A DNA stretch of 64,000 nucleotides, taken from an uncultured Candidatus Saccharibacteria bacterium. GTDB lineage: Bacteria; Patescibacteriota; Minisyncoccia; UBA6257; Colwellbacteraceae. Below are positions 56,114 through 64,000 of the stretch, piece after piece. Location of the stretch: positions 13,349 through 77,348 of the forward strand of contig CAZSQQ010000002.1 in assembly GCA_964609135.1 (NCBI GenBank), given 5' to 3'. The notes under the pieces are model-generated. The model had not been told where the DNA came from and made no database searches. It was given only the letters and a program-made list of their open reading frames with translations. The translations under genes were made by a program, and so were the position numbers. Every line of letters starts with the position of its first letter. Position 1 is the stretch's first letter.

Positions 56114-57631
56114 CTATTTCGCATACTCAACCGCTCTCATCTCGCGAATAACATTAACTTTAATCTCACCCGGGTATTTCAATTCCGATTCGATCTTCAC
56201 GGCGATGTCTCTCGCGAGCTCGAGGGCTCTGAAATCGTCAATTTGCTCGGGCACGACGAAAACCCTTATTTCTCTGCCGGCTGAAACGGCGTAAGAATTC
56301 TTAACTCCGGGAAAGCTCATGGCGATTTTTTCCAAATCCTCCAGCCGCTTAATGTAGTTCTCGAGCGTTCCCCTTCTCGCGCCGGGACGCGCCGCTGACA
56401 GGATATCGGCGGCGGTAACAATGAAGGACTCCGGAGAGGCAAAGGGATATTCCTCGTGATGAGACTGCATGGCCAAAATCACCGCCTCGTCCACGCCGTA
56501 TTTCTTCAGAATCTTCCGCCCCAATTCAACGTGAGTGCCCTGCACTTCGTGATCGATGGCCTTACCGATGTCGTGAACCAAGGCGCCTTTCTTTGCCACC
56601 TCGACACTCACTCCCAAATCGGCGGCTATCATGCCGGCCACGTGAGCCATTTCCACCGAATGGGTTAAGACGTTTTGTCCGAAACTGGTCCGAAAGTGGA
56701 GCCTCCCCAAGAGCTGGAGGATCTCCCTCGGCAAATCCAACACCCCCACCTCATAAGCGGCCTCCTCCCCAATCTCCAAAATGCGCTTATCAAGTTCGTT
56801 TTGGGCTTCTTCCACTTTTTCCTCGATCTTGGCCGGCTGGATCCGACCGTCCTTGATGAGCTTCTCCAGTGCCATCTTCACAATCTCGCGACGCATCGGG
56901 TCGAAAGAAGAGATGATTATCGTCTCCGGCGTTTCATCGATGATAAGTTCGGCGCCGGTCAGCCTTTCAAGAGTTCTTACGTTCCGCCCCTCGCGGCCGA
57001 TGATTTTCCCTTTGAATTCCTCCGATGGCAGCGTGAAAATCGAGGTGGTAATTTCTGAAACGTGGCTCCGCGCGTAACGCTGTACCGCCGTCGTCATAAT
57101 CTCAACGCTTTTTTTCTCAATCTCGTCTTTCCTTTCTTTCAGAAGCTTCTGGAGAACCATTGTCGTTTCATCCCTCGCCCTTTCCTCAATTTCCTGAAAA
57201 AGTTTTTTCTTAGCCTCTTCCTCGCTTAACCCGGCAACCCTGGAAAGGGCGGCCCTGGCTTGGTCTTTAATCTTATCAAGTTCGCCCCGAGAGACCTCCA
57301 GTTTCTCTTTCTCTAAGGTGAGGCTGGCTTCCCTTGTTTTTACAACCTCGGTTTCTCGAGAGAGGTCTTCCTCTCTTTTTATCAACCGTTCCTCGAGGCG
57401 GTCCACGGCGGAACGTCTTTCCGTTTCCTCTTTCTTCGCCTCATCCAAAACCGCGACCGCCTTATTCTTAGCCTCAAGGATTATCTCCTGGGCTTCATTT
57501 TTCGCTTTAAGAAATTCTTCTCGGCGCTTATTTTCTAAGCTCTCGGCTCGTTTCTCGGATAAGACCTGTCGAATTACGTAACCGGCGGCCAGGCCCAAAA
57601 AGCCCGCCGCTATAAACGGCAGATAGTTCAT
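56114..57631 (-). CDS. rny: ribonuclease Y
   Basis: TM, coiled coil, KH (KG.IIGREGRN), HD (H..E, HDIGK), ARPGAR. Confidence 0.97.
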   Translation of the reverse strand: MNYLPFIAAGFLGLAAGYVIRQVLSEKRAESLENKRREEFLKAKNEAQEIILEAKNKAVAVLDEAKKEETERRSAVDRLEERLIKREEDLSRETEVVKTREASLTLEKEKLEVSRGELDKIKDQARAALSRVAGLSEEEAKKKLFQEIEERARDETTMVLQKLLKERKDEIEKKSVEIMTTAVQRYARSHVSEITTSIFTLPSEEFKGKIIGREGRNVRTLERLTGAELIIDETPETIIISSFDPMRREIVKMALEKLIKDGRIQPAKIEEKVEEAQNELDKRILEIGEEAAYEVGVLDLPREILQLLGRLHFRTSFGQNVLTHSVEMAHVAGMIAADLGVSVEVAKKGALVHDIGKAIDHEVQGTHVELGRKILKKYGVDEAVILAMQSHHEEYPFASPESFIVTAADILSAARPGARRGTLENYIKRLEDLEKIAMSFPGVKNSYAVSAGREIRVFVVPEQIDDFRALELARDIAVKIESELKYPGEIKVNVIREMRAVEYAK

Positions 57632-57706
57632 AAGTAAAAATTTTATCGGTTAATTTCATTGGACTTTTATTTAAGTATAAGCCTCGGGATGGAAGCTGTC
57701 AACACA

Positions 57707-57742
57707 TTCGACTTTCTCAGTGTTGATGCTGAGCTTGCCGAA
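57707..57742. repeat. inverted pair of REP-like units
   Basis: TTCGACTTTCTCAG...CTGAGCTTGCCGAA, same family as 18702 and 50955. Confidence 0.65.
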
Positions 57743-57754
57743 CGCATCAAAACC

Positions 57755-58474
57755 CTAAGAAAGAGTCCATGTGGAGGTCCCGAAGATCAGAAGCGTGAGG
57801 AAGATCGCGGAGGTCGCGTTCCTCAAAATAATCTCGCGAGAAAGCGATCCCAAGGAATGGCGGAGAATTAGATCGTGAAAGACAAAAACCAAGGTTGAGG
57901 CGAGGGCGCCTCCCAGAAGAGACCCGAGCGGAAGGAACGAAACAACGAAGAGCGCTTGATTGAGAGTCAAGGCCTCGATGCCTCCCGCGAGCCAGATTTT
58001 GGGCGAAGAAACATTATTAAGGGAAAATAAATAAAATTCTCTGAAGAGAAAGAAGAAGATGAGAAAGGCGGGGAAGGGATGAATAATCCCTTTAATCGCG
58101 AGAGCGCTTAGACCTGTCACTTCTCCAAAATGCAGAAGGTAATATAAATGCAGGCGCCTCGCGTGGATCAGGTTTTTAACTCCCAAAAGCAGATAGAAAA
58201 GGGTTCCCAAAAACACTGAAAGATATATTTCGTAGGCGGGGGAATAGGGGAGTTTAAGGGTTAAGAGGACTACCGCGGAGGCCGAAGCCAAGAACTTCAC
58301 GGAACCAATGGCCGGCCTAAAGTAAAAAAGGATAAAAAGAGAGGAAAATACGGCGGCAGAGAAAAAGCCTTGCCCGCCGGCCCTTAAAAAGAAAACTGTT
58401 ATGGCGAAAAAAAGAGACTTAAGCGCTGAGCTTAATATCGGACTCTTCGAAACTGACTCTAACGCGGCTGCCAT
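57755..58474 (-). CDS. polytopic hypothetical membrane protein
   Basis: About 8 TM; overlaps the clpB 3' end; start uncertain. Confidence 0.7.
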   Translation of the reverse strand: MAAALESVSKSPILSSALKSLFFAITVFFLRAGGQGFFSAAVFSSLFILFYFRPAIGSVKFLASASAVVLLTLKLPYSPAYEIYLSVFLGTLFYLLLGVKNLIHARRLHLYYLLHFGEVTGLSALAIKGIIHPFPAFLIFFFLFREFYLFSLNNVSSPKIWLAGGIEALTLNQALFVVSFLPLGSLLGGALASTLVFVFHDLILRHSLGSLSREIILRNATSAIFLTLLIFGTSTWTLS

Positions 58475-61049
58475 CTTTGATGTTTCCTCTTATGATTTGG
58501 TCGGCCAATTTGTCCAAAACCGTTTTCTCAAGGAAGCGCTTTATCGGCCTCGCCCCCAAATCAGGATCAAAACCGTTCTTTATAATGTAATCTTTGGCGG
58601 ATTCGTCAAAAGAAACGGCTATGCCTTTTTGTTTTAAGGTCTCCTCAAGCTGCTTAATTTGAATATCGACGATGGCAGCGACATTTTCCCTGGAAAGCGG
58701 GTTGAAAATAATGGTCTCGTCTATTCGGTTAAGAAATTCCGGACGGAAGTGATCTCTTAAGGCTGATTTCACTTTAGATCGGTATTCCTCCCTTTTTGTT
58801 TTGGCCTCGCCGCGACCGGAGGCGCCAAATCCTAAACGCGACATTTCCCTCAAAAACTCGCTGCCCACGTTCGAAGTCATAATAATAATAGTGTTTTTGA
58901 AGTTCACTGTCTTCCCCTTGCCGTCTGTGAGCCTCCCGTTGTCCAAAACCTGAAGCAAGATGTTGAAAACTTCCGGATGCGCTTTTTCTATCTCGTCAAA
59001 AAGTATGAGACTGTAGGGTCGGTGCCGAATGAGATCGGTTAGCTGTCCCCCTTCCTCAAAACCTACGTATCCCGGAGGCGATCCGATTAGTCTTGAGACC
59101 GAATGCCTTTCCATATATTCGGACATGTCGATTCGGACCAGGGCTTTTTCATCGTTAAACATAAAGGAGGCAAGGGTGCGGGCCAGTTCCGTCTTGCCAA
59201 CCCCGGAGGGGCCCAAAAACATAAATGATCCCAAAGGCCTGTCAACCGGCGAAAGCCCCGCCCTGGCGCGCCGGAGAGCGCTCGAGACCGCGCTAATCCC
59301 CTCGCTCTGCCCCACCACTCGCTCCCCTAAAACCTCTTCAATCCTCTTAAGTTTTAAGGCTTCGGATTCCAAGATGCTTTCCGTGGGAATCCCCGTCCAC
59401 CGGGAAATAACCGAGGCGATATCTTCCGGGTCAACCTTAGCTTTCAAAAACTGCGTCTTGGTTTTGCCGACGGCGGAAAAATAACGCCTCTCGTAAGAAT
59501 CGTATTCTTTAACGGCTGCCGGGAGTTCTCCGTAAATCACCTCGGCCACTCTTTGCAGTTCCCCGCCGCGCTCGGCAATTTCTTTCTCGCGCTTCAGACC
59601 GTCAACTTTGAGCCTCAAATTGTTCAGTTTATCAAAAATCATTTTTTCCGACTCCCAGGCCTGGGTGAGTTCAGCGTCCTTCACTTTCAGAGCTTTAATT
59701 TCCTTGTCTATGTCCTTCAACTTCTTCGAGTTTTTGGTTTTCACTTGCTTTACCACTTGGGCCTTGAGAATTTCCTTGCCGGTCACCTCGCGCCGGACTT
59801 TGACGATCTCTTGAGGCAAGCTTTCAGTCTCAAGTCTTCTCATTGAAGAGGCCTCATCAATCACGTCAACGGCCTTATCGGGCAAAAAACGGTCGGCGAT
59901 ATAGCGAGCCGATAAGTTCACGGCGGCCACTATCGCCTCATCGCTGATTTTTAGTCCGTGATGAAGTTCGTATTTTTCCTTAAGGCCGCGGATAATTTCC
60001 AAGCTGTCTTCAATTGAAGGCTCTTCAATTAAAACCGGCTGGAACCTTCTCTCCAGGGCCGCGTCCTTCTCTATGTGTTTCTGATACTCCTTGGTGGTGG
60101 TGGCCCCGACCGCTCTAAGTTCACCTCTCGCCAAAGCCGGTTTAAGCAGGTTTGAGGCGTCAACCGCTCCTTCGGCGGCGCCGGCTCCGACAATCATATG
60201 GATTTCATCAATGAAAAGAATTATTCTTCCGGCAGAATTTTGAATTTCCTTAATGAAAGCTTTCAGCCTGTCCTCGAATTCTCCCCTGAACTTGGTGCCG
60301 GCAATCAAGGACCCCAGATCCAGCATGATTACTTCCTTGCCCTTCAGGGTTTCGGGAACATCGCCGGAAACGATCTTTTGGGCCAATCCCTCGACAATGG
60401 CAGTTTTACCAACTCCCGGCTCACCGATTAAAATCGGGTTGTTTTTAGTTCTTCTCGAAAGAATTTGTATCACCCGACGAAGTTCTTCTTCGCGCCCTAT
60501 TACCGGATCCAATTTCCCTTCGGCGGCTCTATCGGTCAAGTTAACTGAATATTTTTCCAAAACCTGAAACTTGCTCTCGGGCATCTCGTCGGTCACGTGA
60601 CTTGATCCCCGGAGACTCGAGAGAATTCTCAACGCGTTCTCTCTTCTTAAACCGAACTTCTCGAGTATCGCTCGCGCAGTCGAATCAACCTCTAAGATTC
60701 CCATAAGCAAGTGCTCGCAGGAAATAAATTCATCCTTGTTCACCGCTGCAATCTTGGCGGCACGGTCCACGATTTTCAAAACCTCCTGGGAAAGATAGAG
60801 TTGCCCCACGGAGGTGGCTGAAAAAATTTTGGGCAATCTTTTCAACTCCCCATTGATTTCATTATCAAGCGTCTCCAAATTGACATTGGCCCGGGTAATG
60901 ATGGGCCTTACCAAAGAACTGCCGTCGGCCATAAGAGCCGAGAGCAGGTGGAGGGCTTTAAACTCGCCGTGGTTCTCGGCTGAGGCCAAATCCTGCGCAT
61001 TCTGGATTGCTTCCTGCGCCTTGATTGTAAAACGATTAAATGAATTCAT
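58419..61049 (-). CDS. clpB: ATP-dependent chaperone ClpB
   Basis: Clp N repeats, [15 protein letters not shown], long middle coiled coil, [16 protein letters not shown]. Confidence 0.93.
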   Translation of the reverse strand: MNSFNRFTIKAQEAIQNAQDLASAENHGEFKALHLLSALMADGSSLVRPIITRANVNLETLDNEINGELKRLPKIFSATSVGQLYLSQEVLKIVDRAAKIAAVNKDEFISCEHLLMGILEVDSTARAILEKFGLRRENALRILSSLRGSSHVTDEMPESKFQVLEKYSVNLTDRAAEGKLDPVIGREEELRRVIQILSRRTKNNPILIGEPGVGKTAIVEGLAQKIVSGDVPETLKGKEVIMLDLGSLIAGTKFRGEFEDRLKAFIKEIQNSAGRIILFIDEIHMIVGAGAAEGAVDASNLLKPALARGELRAVGATTTKEYQKHIEKDAALERRFQPVLIEEPSIEDSLEIIRGLKEKYELHHGLKISDEAIVAAVNLSARYIADRFLPDKAVDVIDEASSMRRLETESLPQEIVKVRREVTGKEILKAQVVKQVKTKNSKKLKDIDKEIKALKVKDAELTQAWESEKMIFDKLNNLRLKVDGLKREKEIAERGGELQRVAEVIYGELPAAVKEYDSYERRYFSAVGKTKTQFLKAKVDPEDIASVISRWTGIPTESILESEALKLKRIEEVLGERVVGQSEGISAVSSALRRARAGLSPVDRPLGSFMFLGPSGVGKTELARTLASFMFNDEKALVRIDMSEYMERHSVSRLIGSPPGYVGFEEGGQLTDLIRHRPYSLILFDEIEKAHPEVFNILLQVLDNGRLTDGKGKTVNFKNTIIIMTSNVGSEFLREMSRLGFGASGRGEAKTKREEYRSKVKSALRDHFRPEFLNRIDETIIFNPLSRENVAAIVDIQIKQLEETLKQKGIAVSFDESAKDYIIKNGFDPDLGARPIKRFLEKTVLDKLADQIIRGNIKDGSRVRVSFEESDIKLSA

Positions 61050-61054
61050 CTCTT

Positions 61055-62320
61055 TTATCCTTGCGGTCTTTCCTCAAGCGTAGCCCGGATATCGATAGTA
61101 TTACTGCCGCGCTTTACCGTGAGCGAAATCGTGTCTCCTATATTATACTTCGAAATCAAACTGCTCAAGGGATTATCCTTATTAACCTTAACGCCTTGAA
61201 CCTCGAGAACAATGTCTTCTGCCTGAAGGCCGGCTTTTTCAGCCGGGCTCCCGGGGACAATGGCCGGTCCGTCTTCACCGCCGCGAATCAAAGCTCCGTA
61301 ATCGACGGGGAGTTTTTGAGATTTCATAATCTCTTCGTCAATTCCTACATAACGCACTCCCAAATAAGCAACTTTGATGCCTCCGGTTTTCATGACTGAC
61401 TGAATGTCACGCTTGGCCTCGTTTACGGGAATGGCGAAACCGATGTTCTGGGCGCCGGAGGCAATGGCGGTGTTAATTCCGATTACCTGCCCCTTCAGAT
61501 TAAGAAGCGGACCGCCGGAATTGCCCGGGTTAATCGCGGCATCGGTTTGAATCAATCCCCGGAGAGTCTCATTGCCGATCGGACCGCCGGCCGTAATGGT
61601 TCTTGAAAGTCCGGAAATAACTCCGACTGACACGGTATTTCTAAACTCTCCCAAGGCGTTTCCGATAGCAATGGCGGTTTGGCCCAACTTGAGGCTTCTT
61701 GAATCACCAAGTTCAGCCGCCTTAAGTCCCGGGGCGTCAATTTTAATTACCGCCAGATCCTGAACCGGGTCACGGGCCAAAACGGTGGCGCTGTATTTCT
61801 TCCCGTCGTTCGTTAGGACTGTATAATCCGCTTTAGCCTCCCCCACCACATGCTTATTGGTAAGAATCATTCCATCTTGGGAGATGATAAAACCGCTCCC
61901 GCCGCCAACCTCTTGTTTTTTAGTTCCTTTCTCGCAGGGGATGGTTATATCAAATCCCGGGCCAAAGAAATCACGAAACTCCGGGGGCAGTCCCGGATTG
62001 TAGGGACAGCGTTCAATAACCGGCAGGTCTTTAGAAATAACTATCGAGACAACCGAAGGCGAGGCCTTTTCTACGGCCTGAATCACCGCTTGTTCATAAT
62101 CGACAGTCGGAGAGTAGAGCGTTGGGTTGGGGGGCGTTTCCGTCTCGTTCTTTCCTGGCGGGGTTGATTTTGGCGATTCGATTTTTGGAGCCAACTTCTC
62201 CAAGAATCCCTTGACGTCGTTAAGTATGCCCGCTTTGGCTGCGGGCGAACTAATCACGGTCCCGGAGAGAATCCCCAGGAAAATCAGGGTAAAAATTAGA
62301 GAGATATTGGCTCTTTTCAT
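61055..62320 (-). CDS. htrA: HtrA/DegP serine protease with a PDZ domain
   Basis: [28 protein letters not shown], one PDZ. Confidence 0.95.
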   Translation of the reverse strand: MKRANISLIFTLIFLGILSGTVISSPAAKAGILNDVKGFLEKLAPKIESPKSTPPGKNETETPPNPTLYSPTVDYEQAVIQAVEKASPSVVSIVISKDLPVIERCPYNPGLPPEFRDFFGPGFDITIPCEKGTKKQEVGGGSGFIISQDGMILTNKHVVGEAKADYTVLTNDGKKYSATVLARDPVQDLAVIKIDAPGLKAAELGDSRSLKLGQTAIAIGNALGEFRNTVSVGVISGLSRTITAGGPIGNETLRGLIQTDAAINPGNSGGPLLNLKGQVIGINTAIASGAQNIGFAIPVNEAKRDIQSVMKTGGIKVAYLGVRYVGIDEEIMKSQKLPVDYGALIRGGEDGPAIVPGSPAEKAGLQAEDIVLEVQGVKVNKDNPLSSLISKYNIGDTISLTVKRGSNTIDIRATLEERPQG

Positions 62321-63462
62321 TGCACTAAATTTATAATCCGCTTGGCCGCCTTGTCAATCTGTCTTTTAGTCGTAGGCGTCCCCAAAGTCAGGCGCAAACT
62401 TCTTTCCGCTCTCTCCTTTCCAAAACCCAAAGCCAGAACCGCATGAGAAGGTTCGGATTTCCGTCCCGCGCAAGCGGAACCGTGAGAAACGGCGATCCCG
62501 GCCAGATCAAATTTTATGATCAGATCTTCCGCCTTATCTTTCGGAAAATAGACATTGATGTTGTTCACGAGCCTATTGTGCATATCACCGTTGACTCGGA
62601 GCTCGGGCTTTTTCTTCTTTAATTCCTTCCAGAAATAATCTCGAAGTTTGCCGATACGTTTGGCCTCGCTGGTTTTGTTTTTTTGAACGAGCAGGGCAGC
62701 CGTCTCGAACCCTACAATTGCAGGAACATTTTCAGTGCCGGCACGAAGCCCGAACTCCTGAATGCCGCCGGTAATTATCGGAACGATGGTGTTTTCTCTT
62801 GCATAGAGCAAGCTCGCCCCTTTCGGCCCGTAAATCTTCTGGCTGGAAACGGTCATCAAGTCCACTCCCAGGCTTTTCACGTCCATTTCCAAAAACTGAA
62901 AAGCCTGCGCGGCGTCAGTATGGAATAACGGATACTGGCAAGAGTTTTTTTTCTTAAAGTCAGCAATAATCTCCGCAATCTCTCTTATTGGTTCAATCAC
63001 GCCAATTTCGTTAGAGGCGTAAATAATTGAAACCAAAACCGTTCGCGCGTTCAGGGCTACTTTCAATTTGTCCAGATCTACGAAACCGTCTTTGGAAACC
63101 GGCAGCTCTATCACCTCCGCGCCGTCTTTCTTCAAATCTCTGCAGGTTTCTATAACCGATTCGTGCTCAATCTGCGAGGTGATAATTCTCGGGTCTTGAA
63201 TGCCGCTTTTCTTTATAGTGCCGCGGATAGCTAAATTATTTCCCTCGGTAGCAGAGGAAACAAAAATAATTTCTCTAAATTTAGCGTTAAGAATCTTCGC
63301 AAAAGTCTCACGCGCCTTATCAACCGCCGCCATCGCTTCCTGTCCAAAAGAGTGGATAGAGCCGGGATTGCCAAAACGTTTGCCTAAATACGGACGCATG
63401 GCGCGCTCTACTTCGGGGTCAACCGGCGTTGAAGCTGCGTAATCTAAATAGATCCTTTCCAT
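62317..63462 (-). CDS. iscS: cysteine desulfurase (IscS/NifS family)
   Basis: YLDYAASTP, NPGS.H, EH.SV, HTDAAQ, K.YGPKG, GTEN, S.GSAC. Confidence 0.92.
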   Translation of the reverse strand: MERIYLDYAASTPVDPEVERAMRPYLGKRFGNPGSIHSFGQEAMAAVDKARETFAKILNAKFREIIFVSSATEGNNLAIRGTIKKSGIQDPRIITSQIEHESVIETCRDLKKDGAEVIELPVSKDGFVDLDKLKVALNARTVLVSIIYASNEIGVIEPIREIAEIIADFKKKNSCQYPLFHTDAAQAFQFLEMDVKSLGVDLMTVSSQKIYGPKGASLLYARENTIVPIITGGIQEFGLRAGTENVPAIVGFETAALLVQKNKTSEAKRIGKLRDYFWKELKKKKPELRVNGDMHNRLVNNINVYFPKDKAEDLIIKFDLAGIAVSHGSACAGRKSEPSHAVLALGFGKERAERSLRLTLGTPTTKRQIDKAAKRIINLVQ

Positions 63463-63486
63463 GATAAAAATACTTCTTGACTTAGA

Positions 63487-64000
63487 TTATATGAAACGAT
63501 GGGGCGAGACGGTCACCTTTATCAATTCTCCGGTATCCCGGTCGGGAACAATCAAAAATCCTTGCTTTTTCACCAAATCGTACAGGTCCCTCGTAATCAA
63601 GACGTCGTTCAAGCAGTATTTCTCGAGGCTCTCCCAGTCGCCGGCGGCATAAAACTTGGGGGCGTCCAGCCCATGGCCCGTCTTGCCAACTCCCAAATTG
63701 GTTCTAGATAAAATATCCAAGCCCACCCGGCGGCCGAAAGTCATCTCAATTTCATCCAAAAGATCGAAGCTGGGGAGCATTTTAGTATCAAAATCAAAAT
63801 ATTTGTCTAAGACCGGCAAATCAAACCTATTAATTGAAAACCCTATCACTAAGCCAGCCTCCCTAAGAACCGGCCCCAAATCTTTGAGACGATCTTCTCT
63901 GAAACTTAAGAAATTGCCCTGCAAATATGAGTAAACGCCGACCAGGGAGACCTCCAGGTCCTTCAGGTTTTGTTCACCGCCCACATCAGCGAAAGTGTTT
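63487..64000 (-). CDS. RNase H-like (YprB/RNase_H_2, DEDD-type) domain protein, 5'-truncated
   Basis: GF....FD, DL, L..YC.NDV..T..LY; the frame stays open to the window edge. Confidence 0.8.
   Translation of the reverse strand, partial: NTFADVGGEQNLKDLEVSLVGVYSYLQGNFLSFREDRLKDLGPVLREAGLVIGFSINRFDLPVLDKYFDFDTKMLPSFDLLDEIEMTFGRRVGLDILSRTNLGVGKTGHGLDAPKFYAAGDWESLEKYCLNDVLITRDLYDLVKKQGFLIVPDRDTGELIKVTVSPHRFI

Noticed and set aside
1-64000. Alternative genetic code (UGA=Gly, as in Gracilibacteria/SR1)
   Set aside because: Conserved genes are full length under code 11 and several end at TGA.

Overview
This is a gene-dense bacterial chromosome segment, mostly encoded on the minus strand and read with genetic code 11. 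Gene content, the many overlapping stop/start codons, apparently leaderless promoters, REP-like repeats and the type IV pilus locus all suggest a Patescibacteria (CPR, Parcubacteria-like) genome; this assignment is an inference. From left to right it contains: partial zwf, an S66 peptidase and tRNA-Ser; a groES-groEL-lemA-htpX-GGDEF operon; rmuC and NDH-2; a copper/thiol-redox island (DoxX, thioredoxin-like, CcdA/DsbD-like, CopA, CsoR with its operator, NiSOD sodN/sodX, cupredoxin-like proteins); tRNA-Asn; class II RNR nrdJ; ftsZ, ftsA, ybeY, yqeY, rpsU, hisS, lepB and pth; a type IV pilus locus; then rny, clpB, degP and iscS. The pilus locus (pilA, pilB, pilC, LamG minor pilins ... pilX-like, pilM/N-like) is interrupted by a roughly 16 kb accessory block. 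That block holds a putative surface-modification cluster (two alkaline-phosphatase-superfamily enzymes, two membrane/spermidine-synthase-like fusions, phosphatidylserine decarboxylase, a 14-repeat beta-propeller) and several secreted proteins. The top finding is a secreted Cys/Asp-repeat protein gene (44702-46189, -) facing a start-less, in-frame paralogous cassette (43561-44607, +). The two share a perfect 140-bp inverted repeat and are separated by a perfect 50-bp palindrome. Inverting 43701-45566 would swap the protein's C-terminal tip, making this a candidate shufflon-like antigenic or host-range switch with no recombinase nearby. Neighbouring genes are also joined by a conserved ~24-nt repeat that abuts start codons or overlaps stop codons.
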